Positions 18,712-28,861 of a stretch of DNA of 54,733 nucleotides are shown piece after piece. A program made the position numbers and the translations under genes. Position 1 is the stretch's first letter. Each line of letters begins with the position of its first letter. The notes beneath the pieces are model-generated. The model saw only the letters and a program-made list of their open reading frames with translations, ran no database searches and had not been told where the DNA came from. The DNA lies in IMG/VR virus record IMGVR_UViG_3300032170_000010, positions 1 through 54,733 of that record; one strand, written 5' to 3'. Source of the DNA: a virus (Duplodnaviria > Caudoviricetes).

Positions 18712-18909
18712 ATGAATAAGTTCAAAGATCCAGAGCATAACTTACTGTGGGCGGAAATTCATTGGGTCAAGGAATCCATAAAGAATCACATTACCACCAG
18801 ACTTGATAGGATTGATGCTCGTATGTGGAAGGGGTTCTGTATTATTCTTACAATTTTCGGTACTTTGAGCGTGGCTCTGATATTAGCTTTATTCAAGATA
18901 ATTCCATAG
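18712..18909 (+). CDS. Small coiled-coil plus C-terminal TM protein (XhlA/holin-accessory-like)
   Basis: NHITTRLDRIDARMW followed by a hydrophobic helix. Confidence 0.55.
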   Translation: MNKFKDPEHNLLWAEIHWVKESIKNHITTRLDRIDARMWKGFCIILTIFGTLSVALILALFKIIP

Positions 18910-18912
18910 GGG

Positions 18913-18940
18913 TTGCAATTTGCAAAGTTTAGTATATAAT
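18913..18940 (+). promoter_or_regulatory. Sigma70-type promoter
   Basis: TTGCAA-16-TATAAT. Confidence 0.6.
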
Positions 18941-19067
18941 AATAGAAAGTATCGAGTGAGTAAATCGAAGTCCAAAAAAAGGGTATCTCCGTGCTTCTTT
19001 TACCTCAGAGATTTCTTGGATAGCGATGTAATTCTAGCTTTGGAGCGGTTGAGACGTGAGGGGTAAA

Positions 19068-19739
19068 GTGAAACTTGATGTAATCTACAATGAGGATTGC
19101 TTGGAGGGGATGAGCGGATTGCCCGATAGAAGTATAGATATGATTATAACTGATCCTCCTTATTCTACCCCAGTGATAACAGCATTTGGGAGAAAGAAAG
19201 AAAAGAATTACGGCGATTTAAGCATCCAAAAAAATTTCTTCAATCAGGTAAAGGAAGGTTTCGAGAGAATACTAAAGAGTCAAGCCCCAGTATTTATATT
19301 TTGCGATGCTAAATATTATCCTGTTTTGTTTGAGGTTTTTTATACTTGGAACACTAATCAATTATTAGTGTGGGATAAAAGACGAATAGGATTAGGAAGT
19401 CCATTTAGAAAACAATATGAATTAATCTATTTTATTTCGCCCGACTCTGCCTTGCATTTCAAAAACGACAAGAGTTATTCAGATATTTTGCAATATAAGC
19501 CAGTTCAATCCCAGTATAGATTGATTGGTTCACAGAAACCGATTGAGTTAATAGAAGAGTTGGTTAATGCGTTTACAGATGTAGGCAATTTAGTTCTTGA
19601 CCCTTTTATGGGTTCGGGAACAACTGCTGTTGCTTGCAAGCAACTAAATAGACATTATATAGGTTTTGAGATAAATCCCGAGTATTGTGAGATAGCGAGA
19701 AAAAGATTAGCTGAAGTTCAGTTAGAATTACTAAATTAA
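19068..19739 (+). CDS. Beta-class N6-adenine/N4-cytosine DNA methyltransferase
   Basis: DPPY then QKP and LDPFMGSGTT; likely GTG start at 19068. Confidence 0.9.
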   Translation: MKLDVIYNEDCLEGMSGLPDRSIDMIITDPPYSTPVITAFGRKKEKNYGDLSIQKNFFNQVKEGFERILKSQAPVFIFCDAKYYPVLFEVFYTWNTNQLLVWDKRRIGLGSPFRKQYELIYFISPDSALHFKNDKSYSDILQYKPVQSQYRLIGSQKPIELIEELVNAFTDVGNLVLDPFMGSGTTAVACKQLNRHYIGFEINPEYCEIARKRLAEVQLELLN

Positions 19740-19749
19740 GGAGTGAGAA

Positions 19750-20724
19750 ATGAGACAAAAAGATGGGTTTCATCTGCCACCTTTCAAGGTGGAGAAAGTC
19801 CCAATGGCCCTTGCTGATGAGGAGCTTTCTAATTGGGGTATGAGGCGTATGAGAATTCCCGAAATATGGGAAAAGGGAATTGAAGGTAAGGATGTCAAGG
19901 TGGCTATTTTAGACACTGGGCTGCCTCGCCATCCAGATATTGTGGTGGAGAAGTTTATTAACTTTACCGACGATGCCTTTGAAGATGAAAATGGTCACAG
20001 CACTTGGGTAACAGGATGCATTGGTGCTAACGGTAGATTTAAGGGAATTGCACCGAAATGTAAACTCTACATTGCCAAGATTCTAGGGGATGATGGAAGT
20101 GGAGATTGGACTTGGCTGGAGAAAGGATTGTTATGGGCTGAACAGGAAGAGTGTGAGGTGATTAACATTAGCGCAGGGGGGGATTATATAGGTACGAGAA
20201 TCCAACCTATACTGAAGAGGTTAGCCGATAAAGGAATCATAGTTGTTGCTGCTGCTGGAAACGAGAACGATGCTTTGATATTTCCGGCTAATGATAAGCA
20301 CACTGTCGCTGTCGGTGCCATTAATAAGCTGGGTGAAAAAGCACCTTTCAGTAATTTCGGGCCGAGATTAGTTATTATGGGACCCGGGGTAGGGTTGCTT
20401 GGCTGTTGGCTAGATAGTGGATATGTGAAGGTCACTGGAACAAGCATGGCTTCACCTATGGTATCAGGAGTATTGACGCTGGAAGAGCAAAAACACGCAT
20501 TGAGCTTGACTGAGGCTATATTCCGCTTTGTATTGACATCCGAAGATATTGGAACGGTTGGATGGGGACCTGGTTCTGGTTGGGGCACAATTGCTGCTCA
20601 TAAGTTTATGTTGTTGGAAAAAGTCAGCAAGAAATTAGATATGGATTGGATAATGAGTCTGGCTATGTTTGTAGCTGCTTATTATATTGGTGATGAGCAA
20701 TACGAAGTTACGGGAGGTAGCTAG
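19750..20724 (+). CDS. S8 (subtilisin-like) serine peptidase
   Basis: Catalytic motifs ILDTG, NGHSTWVTG, AAAGN, GTSMASP. Confidence 0.92.
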   Translation: MRQKDGFHLPPFKVEKVPMALADEELSNWGMRRMRIPEIWEKGIEGKDVKVAILDTGLPRHPDIVVEKFINFTDDAFEDENGHSTWVTGCIGANGRFKGIAPKCKLYIAKILGDDGSGDWTWLEKGLLWAEQEECEVINISAGGDYIGTRIQPILKRLADKGIIVVAAAGNENDALIFPANDKHTVAVGAINKLGEKAPFSNFGPRLVIMGPGVGLLGCWLDSGYVKVTGTSMASPMVSGVLTLEEQKHALSLTEAIFRFVLTSEDIGTVGWGPGSGWGTIAAHKFMLLEKVSKKLDMDWIMSLAMFVAAYYIGDEQYEVTGGS

Positions 20725-21162
20725 ATGAGGAAATGGGCAGCCATAGCAGTGCTAATGGCCTGCGTGTTTGGATTTACTAGCGCGGCGCTAGCAGGAGAGC
20801 TTTCAGAGAAAATTAAGAAACAACCAGTAAACGTACTTGACTATACTTATGAGGGAATAGACTATGGCTTGACCGTTCTAATGCAATTGCTCAAAACTGG
20901 GAAGCCTACTGTAATGTGGAATAAAGAAAATCAGAATGGTTCGGGAGGATTTGGACTGACATTAATAGAAGGTTTTCTTCATAAAAGAGTAAACCTTGTT
21001 GGTGGAGCAAGACTTGTGAACGATAAACCACGTTATGCGTTTTGGGGCGTGGAGATCCAGATACCTGGGAAACTCTTAGAGCGATTTCCCCTGGGGTTTT
21101 ACTGGTCAGAAGATGAGTGGTTTGTTGGTGTATCGTTAACATTAAGAAAAATGAAAATATAA
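20725..21162 (+). CDS. Secreted/outer-membrane beta-rich protein
   Basis: Signal peptide (AALA) and amphipathic beta-strands ending WFVGVSLTL. Confidence 0.55.
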   Translation: MRKWAAIAVLMACVFGFTSAALAGELSEKIKKQPVNVLDYTYEGIDYGLTVLMQLLKTGKPTVMWNKENQNGSGGFGLTLIEGFLHKRVNLVGGARLVNDKPRYAFWGVEIQIPGKLLERFPLGFYWSEDEWFVGVSLTLRKMKI

Positions 21163-21201
21163 AAGGAGGCTAGAAAATGACAAAGGAAAAGGGGTACTAA
21201 A

Positions 21202-21441
21202 ATGGATTATAAAAAAGAGAATGAAAGACTCAAGAATAAGATTATTGAGTTGCAAGCGGAGATAATACGACTGAAAAATGGAGTTATTCCACGGGCAAAA
21301 GAAATCAAAATCATCGAGCGAGAAATTATCCGAGAAAAGGATTGGGAACCGTGGAAATATCCCACTAATACTTTCCCTAGATATATGCCACCCACTACTG
21401 GCGATCCAATGCCAATGGATGAGTATATAACAATATGTTAA
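21202..21441 (+). CDS. Hypothetical protein
   Basis: ORF with coiled-coil start, packed in the operon. Confidence 0.45.
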   Translation: MDYKKENERLKNKIIELQAEIIRLKNGVIPRAKEIKIIEREIIREKDWEPWKYPTNTFPRYMPPTTGDPMPMDEYITIC

Positions 21442-21453
21442 GGAGGTATAAAA

Positions 21454-21675
21454 ATGGATTACCTTAGCACAATAGCAATCGTGGTGACTGCGTTTGCAGC
21501 TATCTTTGCTGGAACTTATTTCAGTAAATTTAAGCTGCTGGTTAAGGAGCTGAAAGAAGCCTTCTTTGCACTTGATGAAGTACTCCAAGATGACGAAGTT
21601 ACGGTTGAGGAACTGAAGCGAGTCGTCAAGGAATTCAAGGATGTGCTTCTTGTATTCGTGAAACCGGAAAAGTAA
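21454..21675 (+). CDS. Holin-like single-TM protein
   Basis: N-terminal TM then KELKEA...DDEVTVEE; homologous pattern at 54555; AGGAGG RBS. Confidence 0.55.
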   Translation: MDYLSTIAIVVTAFAAIFAGTYFSKFKLLVKELKEAFFALDEVLQDDEVTVEELKRVVKEFKDVLLVFVKPEK

Positions 21676-22077
21676 AAATGAGGGTAATGAGATGGCTTCT
21701 CGTTACCCTAGCCATAGTTTATTGTCTATTGTATTAGACAATAGTCTAATATATTGGACACATACCCAAAACTTTGAAAATAAAAATTAACCTATTAAAG
21801 ATAATCAGAAAAATCAGATATGAGGGTAGAAGAGAACAGGTGTTTATTGACAAGAGAGCTTACGACCGTCAAAGGGATAAAAAGGAATGGGAGAAATAAG
21901 TGTAGCGTCAACCATATCTGGTTGTCTAGCACTTTGTCAACCATAGCAGGTTTCTATTAGCATAAGTCTTATCAAAGGATTTAGCGGTAAAGTGAAATAA
22001 GGAATGTGGTTATTAACGAAAATGATAACAATGGGTAGAGGTAATAATAACAGAAAAAAACGAAGGAGGAAACGCAG

Positions 22078-22410
22078 GTGGGCAAGCCAAAAGGCTCAAC
22101 ACAGAAGAAAATGAAATATCCGCAGCTACTCAATAAATTGGTAGCTTGTAGATTCATTGATATTACTTCATACGAGGTAAGTAATTTAGACAATTTTATT
22201 GCAAGTAAGGAATATGCTCATCAATCGTATGTCTTTACTATTTTTGGTAAGTTCGTGGGAGAGGATGATATAGTTGTGGTGATTAGCCCCAGTTTTGCTG
22301 AGAAAAATGCTTACATTAAGGAGCGAAAGGCTAGTATATATGCTATTCCCAAGGAGTGCATTCTGGGAATGGAGGAGCTAGATTTCGTTGGTGATATGGT
22401 AACGGATTAG
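22078..22410 (+). CDS. Hypothetical protein
   Basis: AGGAGG RBS; C-terminal AIPKECI motif seen in small phage proteins. Confidence 0.5.
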   Translation: MGKPKGSTQKKMKYPQLLNKLVACRFIDITSYEVSNLDNFIASKEYAHQSYVFTIFGKFVGEDDIVVVISPSFAEKNAYIKERKASIYAIPKECILGMEELDFVGDMVTD

Positions 22411-22621
22411 ACTGCATCTGCTGCACCTATTGCGTCCGCTTTCTTTATCTTCTTTTTCTTCATCCATTTCTTATGAGCTTCAACTTTCCCCTTAAAGTAA
22501 TCCCTTCCCTTTTGGTTCAATATCCTACCATTCCTCATTATTTGCACCCCATTAATCCAAACGTTAGCTCTCATATAATTGCGTCTGATGTATTTTTTTA
22601 TATCGTCAGTGTTAATCTGTT

Positions 22622-23047
22622 TTATTTTACCCACTCCTTACCATCCCAAGTTTTGTTATATTTTTCTTCCATTACAAAGGCAAGCCAAAGTTGTTCCATT
22701 GACGGGAAATTATGGTATTGTGATAGATAAAAATTATGTTTGAATGTCTCACCCCAAAGCCAGTATATGAAAGCATCCATCTTTGCCTCGAATCTGGCAT
22801 CATCGGAATGTTCCTCTGGATGTTTCATCCATATCTCCTGCAACTGGTCTTGTCGGGGGAGCCAGATACTACCTTGAACTGTAATATCCCAAGTATTTAA
22901 TTTCATAGACACTACATGAATGTTACCGCCACAAACAAGATGATGATACCAGTCTCCCTTGTCCCAATCCTTAGCTTTTTTTCTTAGTTGCTGTATTTCC
23001 CCTGCCTTCTCGCACATCTCAATATATTTCTCACTTGTATCCATCAA
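22622..23047 (-). CDS. Conserved hypothetical phage protein
   Basis: MDTSEKYIEMCEKA...WLPRQDQLQ...SMEQLWLAFVM. Confidence 0.6.
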   Translation of the reverse strand: MMDTSEKYIEMCEKAGEIQQLRKKAKDWDKGDWYHHLVCGGNIHVVSMKLNTWDITVQGSIWLPRQDQLQEIWMKHPEEHSDDARFEAKMDAFIYWLWGETFKHNFYLSQYHNFPSMEQLWLAFVMEEKYNKTWDGKEWVK

Positions 23048-23409
23048 TTAACCTCCTCAATCATAATCTGCGTCCTCGGAACCTTCCTGTCATACAGCAA
23101 TTCCCAGTCTAAATCAATCCTATCGTTAGAATCATCAACAATAACCCGTCCTTTCAAGCAATCCATTATTACCTTTGGAGTATAGTTGTCCTTGTCTCTT
23201 TTGTGTTTTGTCCTGAAAAAATACTTAATCCTAATTTTCGCCTTGTCGAACAACTTAACCAATCGAGCACCTTCCCCTATTCTGGCTAGAGCTATCACCA
23301 TCTGCATATCCCAATCATCCTGTATTCCCATTCTTTTAGCCCAATGGGTTCTCATAAACGCATTGAGACTGCAAGGGGTAAGGGGAATAGTTAAGTTTAG
23401 TTTTCTCAT
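23044..23409 (-). CDS. RusA-like Holliday junction resolvase
   Basis: PCSLN, RDKDNYTPKVIMDCL, IVDD, PRTQI. Confidence 0.75.
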   Translation of the reverse strand: MRKLNLTIPLTPCSLNAFMRTHWAKRMGIQDDWDMQMVIALARIGEGARLVKLFDKAKIRIKYFFRTKHKRDKDNYTPKVIMDCLKGRVIVDDSNDRIDLDWELLYDRKVPRTQIMIEEVN

Positions 23410-23759
23410 TTTTCATCTCCTTTTGGCGAGTGCTTTTCATGCTCTTCAATCCATTTATTTACTTTGTCAACCCATTTAGTCATTAGATCCCACTCTTCTT
23501 TTAATTCTTCGTCTCTTTCATTAATCCAGTCTATAATATCATTAACAGCATATCCTATGGGTCTAGCCCATCGTTCAAGCTCACCTATTGTTATCTTCTC
23601 CATCTTCATCTCCTTTCAAGGCAGCCCCGCTATCCAAGAAATAGCCAGAGCGTTGTGTTCGAGTGACACCTCTAGCTCAATTTCTTTTTTGCGAGGCTGA
23701 CCAATTTTTTTGTCTCATTTAACATAGGATTATATACCTAAGTATTCCAACAGGAAAAA

Positions 23760-23957
23760 TTACCCACGCAACAGGGCAGTTTTTTTATGTTTCGTTATGT
23801 TTTCGATTCTTCCCTGCCCTTTTTTGTGAGGATTCTTTCCAAAGCGATAGAGATATAAAGAGCAATCTATAAGCGGACAAAGTTTAACTTCCTTAAAACT
23901 TCCCGCACTACAATCGAGACATTTTTTCCTTATAGCCTTTAGTGGAGTTAGGTTCAA
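23760..23957 (-). CDS. Small Cys-rich zinc-binding protein
   Basis: TPLKAIRKKCLDCSAGSFKEVKLCPLIDCSLYLYRFGKNP. Confidence 0.65.
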   Translation of the reverse strand: MNLTPLKAIRKKCLDCSAGSFKEVKLCPLIDCSLYLYRFGKNPHKKGQGRIENITKHKKTALLRG

Positions 23958-24540
23958 TTTTATCTCTCCTATGATTTAATCGTTGCTTTATAGACCTTTC
24001 ATTCATCAATACCGTTGTATTCTTGCCTTCATTACAATCTTCGCAAGCCGTAATAAGATTATCCATATCATCTGTTCCTCCTCTGGAATGAGGATATATG
24101 TGGTCAACGTGCAACTTCACATGATTATCTATTGGATTTCTGCCACAATATTGGCAAGCAAAGTTATCTCTTTGTAACACACGAAATCGAATTGTTTTCC
24201 AGCTATCAGTATAAGGAAAATCCTTTCTAATGTGTGTCTTAGACATCCTCAATACATCATGCACAAGTTCTTTATCTCGTTCGGTCAATGTTTCTGCGTG
24301 CTGAGCTACTTCGATTTTTTGTTTTTGGACCATATCTTCCCTGAAACGAGAGGAGATAAATCTCACACTGAACTTTGATATTTCCAATGTTCGGTAGGAA
24401 TGTAATGGACAATCCTCAAGTGGACATTGCCTGGTTTCTTCTGGATCGCCTCCACTACACTCTAGGCAATGTTTTTGAATTGCTTTTAGTGGTTCTCCGC
24501 AGATTGAGCACGTGAGGATTTTCAAATCTTTCTCTATCAT
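23908..24540 (-). CDS. HNH endonuclease with N-terminal Cys-rich domain
   Basis: RFRVLQRDNFACQYCG, LHVDHIYPHSRGG, NLITACEDCNEGK; start approximate. Confidence 0.85.
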   Translation of the reverse strand: MIEKDLKILTCSICGEPLKAIQKHCLECSGGDPEETRQCPLEDCPLHSYRTLEISKFSVRFISSRFREDMVQKQKIEVAQHAETLTERDKELVHDVLRMSKTHIRKDFPYTDSWKTIRFRVLQRDNFACQYCGRNPIDNHVKLHVDHIYPHSRGGTDDMDNLITACEDCNEGKNTTVLMNERSIKQRLNHRRDKIEPNSTKGYKEKMSRL

Positions 24541-24921
24541 AACTTTACCTTTCCTTCTTCTTATCATATACCCACTCCAAGAATCCCTCTATTTCTTTTT
24601 TCCTTAATTCTATTGTTCTCATTTTTTGTCTGGCTTGTTCCATTGTTTCTTTTACCCGTTGTAGCTCAGCTCGCCAATATCTCAATGCTCGCTCTGCGTC
24701 TTCTCGTTGATATGCTTTTTCTTTACTTTGATTTCTTAACATTATCTCTTCCCACATATTCTATATATTTCTTGTTAATGTCTTACATTCGCAAACTGGG
24801 CATATACGTATGACATCTACGGTTACTATATCCGAACCCACTGGCGTAGATATAGTAACCAATGAAAAACAGTTCATACATAGCTTTCTATGTTTTTGCG
24901 GTTTAGTGTTTTCCATTTTTA

Positions 24922-26298
24922 TCACCTCCTCCTAAACAATGGGTCTATTTTCTCTAGTTCTGTCTTGGCCATATCAGCATATTCCTTTTTCAATTCATAC
25001 CCCACATAGTGCCTTCCCAGTTTCTTTACCATAATCAGAGCTGTTCCTCTACCAGCAAAAGGGTCAAGTAATACCCCACTATCCCAACCAGCATTGCAGC
25101 CACAGTCAGTCCAGCCGATGGTTTTCGCTGGTGGAATTGGGTTATCATGTGGTAAACCAGCTGCCCTTCCCGCCTTCACCATCATTTGCAGTCTCTTATG
25201 AGAATAATTTTTGTCCTTATTTTTATGTTTGCTTCCCTCATAGACATCACTTCTTGGAATTTGTTCTCTTTTCGTTATCCTCACTCTCGCCTTCCCGCAT
25301 TTTTTGCAAACTTGAGCAGGGCAGGTTGCAATGATTGGCTTAATACATAACTTGTCAGGAAACGTGGCAAAGTGAGCTTCGGGTCGGGGTTGAGTGGGGA
25401 TAGTCCAGGCATCGCCAGGATTTTTGCCACACATATTTATATGTCTTTCAGGGTCTCTTGTTTTATAATTTATTTTTTTAATATGACGACTAACAAAACT
25501 TCCCTTTTGAAATGGTTTTACGCCAGCTTCTTTGTCCTGTCTCATTCTCCGAATAACATCTTCAGGATATTTTTGCGCTTCCCTTATCGCATCCAAATCG
25601 AAGTAATACTTTTTAGCCTTAACTAAATGAAACAAAAACTCATAGCTGTTACTGCATCTATCCTTTACGCTGGAAGGCATTGCATTGGGCTTGTGCCAGA
25701 TAATTGCATTGCGTAGAATCCAGCCCTGCTCGTCAATGAGACGAAGGACTAGACGCCAGGGGATACCAAGGAGGCATTTGGCTTGTAATCTTAATTGTGG
25801 ATTCGGCTTATCGGTGTATAATTCTGGTTTAGAAATGCTGGTTACTTCTCTATAGTCTCCTTTGCCACATCCTGAGCCTCCATATGTATCCCCCATATTC
25901 AACCAGAATGAGCCTGTCTTTTTGAGCACTCGCTTTATCTCAGCACAGACTATCATCATATGGTCAAGGTAGAGCTGGAAGGTGGGTTCGAGGCCAAGAG
26001 CACCAAACCAAGCTCCACATTTCTGGCAAAAAGCTCTCTTTTGAGTACCCTCTTGAACTGTTTTTCGTTGTTCAGGGTCATAAACTCCGCCAGTATTCCA
26101 ATGAGTTATTTTAACATATCTATTGTGGTCAATCCATTTATGCTCACAATCTGGATTTCCTCCCCAAATTTCCCTTACATCTTCTCCATAATCTCGCAGT
26201 CCCCAGTAGGGTGGGGAAGTCATACCCATATCAATACACTCATCGGGAAGCTCGTCCATTCGCTGACAGGATTTGTTATAGATTACATCAAGTTTCAT
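24922..26298 (-). CDS. Beta-class DNA methyltransferase (SPPY) with Cys-rich insertions
   Basis: TSPPYWGLRDY, IIWHKPNAMP, HFATFP, LDPFAGRGT. Confidence 0.9.
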   Translation of the reverse strand: MKLDVIYNKSCQRMDELPDECIDMGMTSPPYWGLRDYGEDVREIWGGNPDCEHKWIDHNRYVKITHWNTGGVYDPEQRKTVQEGTQKRAFCQKCGAWFGALGLEPTFQLYLDHMMIVCAEIKRVLKKTGSFWLNMGDTYGGSGCGKGDYREVTSISKPELYTDKPNPQLRLQAKCLLGIPWRLVLRLIDEQGWILRNAIIWHKPNAMPSSVKDRCSNSYEFLFHLVKAKKYYFDLDAIREAQKYPEDVIRRMRQDKEAGVKPFQKGSFVSRHIKKINYKTRDPERHINMCGKNPGDAWTIPTQPRPEAHFATFPDKLCIKPIIATCPAQVCKKCGKARVRITKREQIPRSDVYEGSKHKNKDKNYSHKRLQMMVKAGRAAGLPHDNPIPPAKTIGWTDCGCNAGWDSGVLLDPFAGRGTALIMVKKLGRHYVGYELKKEYADMAKTELEKIDPLFRRR

Positions 26299-27140
26299 TT
26301 CGCATCCCTTATATTGATGAACCGTGCTCCCCTATTATCCAAGTGAAAATACCAGGCTTTATTTATCGGATCTACTTCACTCCTCGCCCTTTCCCTAGCC
26401 TTAATTATTTTCAATTTTCCTTCATCCATACTAAGATACACTGAGGCACCTTTACGAGAAAAGTCTGCTCCATATCCTAGCTCTCTCCCCTTGGGCTTTT
26501 GTATTGCTACAATAGCCACGCCATCGTTTAGTTTAGCCAGTATCTTTTTTAATTCATAGCCGACCATATAAAATTCAGTATCCAAATCCAGGTAGTCAAT
26601 TATGTTAATAGCATCGGGCTCAACGACATCAGAGAAATTATCCTCTCTGTATCTAGTGCGGAACGGAGCAGGACTCGGAATATCAGGGTCAATGGCATAG
26701 AATCTTTCGTTAATTTGCTGGTCTCCCATTTCACTATTGACGAGAAGCTCAATCGAGAAATCATACATATTAAGACAGACTATGTTATAGAGCAGGGCAG
26801 TCTTACCTGCTCCCACTGAGCCTGCTACAACTATTAAACTCTTGGGCAAAATTCTGACATATTTTTCCAACTCGAAAGGAAACTTTAGTGATACGCCTCC
26901 TCTATCCGCTGACTGCCAATTTACCTCTGGTGCCTCATTTTCAACCAGCCGATACAATCCATCCCTTTTGCCCAGGGCTACGAGCGTGCCTTTTTCAACA
27001 AGGCGACGCATTATTACCCGCAGATAATGCTTACTTTCAGGGGCAAGTATGCGAAGCTCGCTGTATATATTTCCCAAGCTAAATATCCCAGTAGTTGATT
27101 TAACCCATTCTTCTATGGTTGTTTGAGTTGGTTTTTCCAT
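26295..27140 (-). CDS. RecA/DnaB-fold helicase-like ATPase with N-terminal winged-helix-like domain
   Basis: Walker A GSVGAGKT, NSEMG, IIDYL, VAIQK. Confidence 0.7.
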   Translation of the reverse strand: MEKPTQTTIEEWVKSTTGIFSLGNIYSELRILAPESKHYLRVIMRRLVEKGTLVALGKRDGLYRLVENEAPEVNWQSADRGGVSLKFPFELEKYVRILPKSLIVVAGSVGAGKTALLYNIVCLNMYDFSIELLVNSEMGDQQINERFYAIDPDIPSPAPFRTRYREDNFSDVVEPDAINIIDYLDLDTEFYMVGYELKKILAKLNDGVAIVAIQKPKGRELGYGADFSRKGASVYLSMDEGKLKIIKARERARSEVDPINKAWYFHLDNRGARFINIRDAK

Positions 27141-27375
27141 ACTTTAACTTTTAAGTTATCCAAACATCAGGTCTTTTTGTGTTTTGGTCTGCCTCCCTTT
27201 GGCAAGCTGGGCATGCAGATTGGTCTCCAACTTGAAAAGGATGCACTCTATATAACTTTTTACATAATGGACACCTGACTATTTTCCCATTCATTTTCTT
27301 CACCTCCTTAGTGCATCTTACGCATCATTAGCATCATTTATGATGCGGGATGATGCTAAATGATACAACCGCTAT

Positions 27376-27795
27376 TCAAGCACCCTTCAGCAGTTCTGGA
27401 TTCTCATAGATGTTGCCGATTATCTCAAATTTATCTTCTGCAAATTCTGGATGATGTCCTCCATAAATTCCTTCTAATATTATCCACTTAACTCGAAAAC
27501 CTGCTTCCATATTATCCCATCTAAAAATTCCTCTATAGTGCCATTTTCCTACTATTCCATGCCCTTTTTGTTCTACTATATACCCCCCATAAATCTCCTT
27601 CCCGTTTTTGTCGGAAAGGCCAGTGAACTGCATTAGAACAAGACGATTAACTCTTAATGTATATTCTTCTGTCCCAAATTTCGACCAATCTTGGATAGTA
27701 ACATCCTTGACCCCCAATCTAGAAAAAGACATTCCATTTACAGAATACATTTTTTTCTCTTTTTTATTCCACGCTTTAAACTTCGTTTCTTTCAT
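27376..27795 (-). CDS. YopX-family protein
   Basis: KFKAW, LMQFTGLSDKNGKEIY, EIIGNIYENPELL. Confidence 0.9.
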   Translation of the reverse strand: MKETKFKAWNKKEKKMYSVNGMSFSRLGVKDVTIQDWSKFGTEEYTLRVNRLVLMQFTGLSDKNGKEIYGGYIVEQKGHGIVGKWHYRGIFRWDNMEAGFRVKWIILEGIYGGHHPEFAEDKFEIIGNIYENPELLKGA

Positions 27796-28861
27796 TTGTT
27801 TCTCCTACGAACCTCATTACAGAAATCCCTTATATCCTCAGGGCTCCTCTTCTTTATCGTTTGCTCTGTTGGTTGCTCCCTTTCCTTTTTCGGGAGACAA
27901 TCCCTGAGAAATTTAAGTAACTTAAACACTTGTCTCTCCTTTCATTTTATTACTCCAATGGTATCGTGTGTCCCAATACCCTAACTCTAGCGGGGACTTT
28001 TTTTCGAGCCTTTTTGTCTGCCAATTCCACTTCACCATAGCTATATGCTGTCTTCACTATTGCCTTAACATTCCAACCACGTTCACGAGCTTTCTCTAGC
28101 TCCATTTTAAACCTTGTCGCAGCTTCTGCTTCCGTGCGATAAGTAGTGATGAATTCCCTGCCTTGCACCGATAGCATTCGGTGGTTGCCCGCTTTAGAAA
28201 TAATATACTCCATTTAATATTCCTCCTTCCTTTATAAACCTGCATCTTCAACTGCGGAAAAGGCATCTAAAACAAGAGCTGCATCTTGTAATCTCTCATA
28301 AGCTCTTTTCCATTTGACATCAATATAACCTGTCTCTGCCAGCTTTTTGGCTCTCGCTGCTATTGCTTGTAATTCTTTACGGCTAAAATCTTCTTTCATA
28401 ACTATCTCCCTTATAACTTTATTTTCCCTCTTTTCTTGATTGACTCAACTGGGCTATTCGCCATAAACTCATATATTTCATAAGCTAGTTCGTGAGCCTT
28501 TGAGGTGGGCATGACAATAGTAAGGTTTTCCTCTGGGCGTTTATTCTGGAACTCTATGGCTATAGTGTGGCTTCCCTCATTGCTGTAAACCTTGATGTTG
28601 TCGTCTAGGTCTATACGTAGTTTCATTTATTTCCTCTTTATCCATTTTTTGTAATAATTCCATTGCAAAAATACGATGGGGAATCTTAGTAGCTACGGCG
28701 CTATTAAATGTAAGCTCCAAATAATCTTTTAATAGCGCCGATAACTTTTTGAGTTCATAATTATTTAATTTCATTTAACACCCCCCTAATAGTCTTTTTC
28801 AATGGGCTTATAAAAGGGAATCCACTCAAACTTCATCCTGGCTAAGTTATTTTTTCTCCCC

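Noticed and set aside
19068-26298. Restriction-modification system
   Set aside because: Both methylases look like orphan phage enzymes; the nearby HNH resembles common phage HNHs rather than a cognate restriction enzyme
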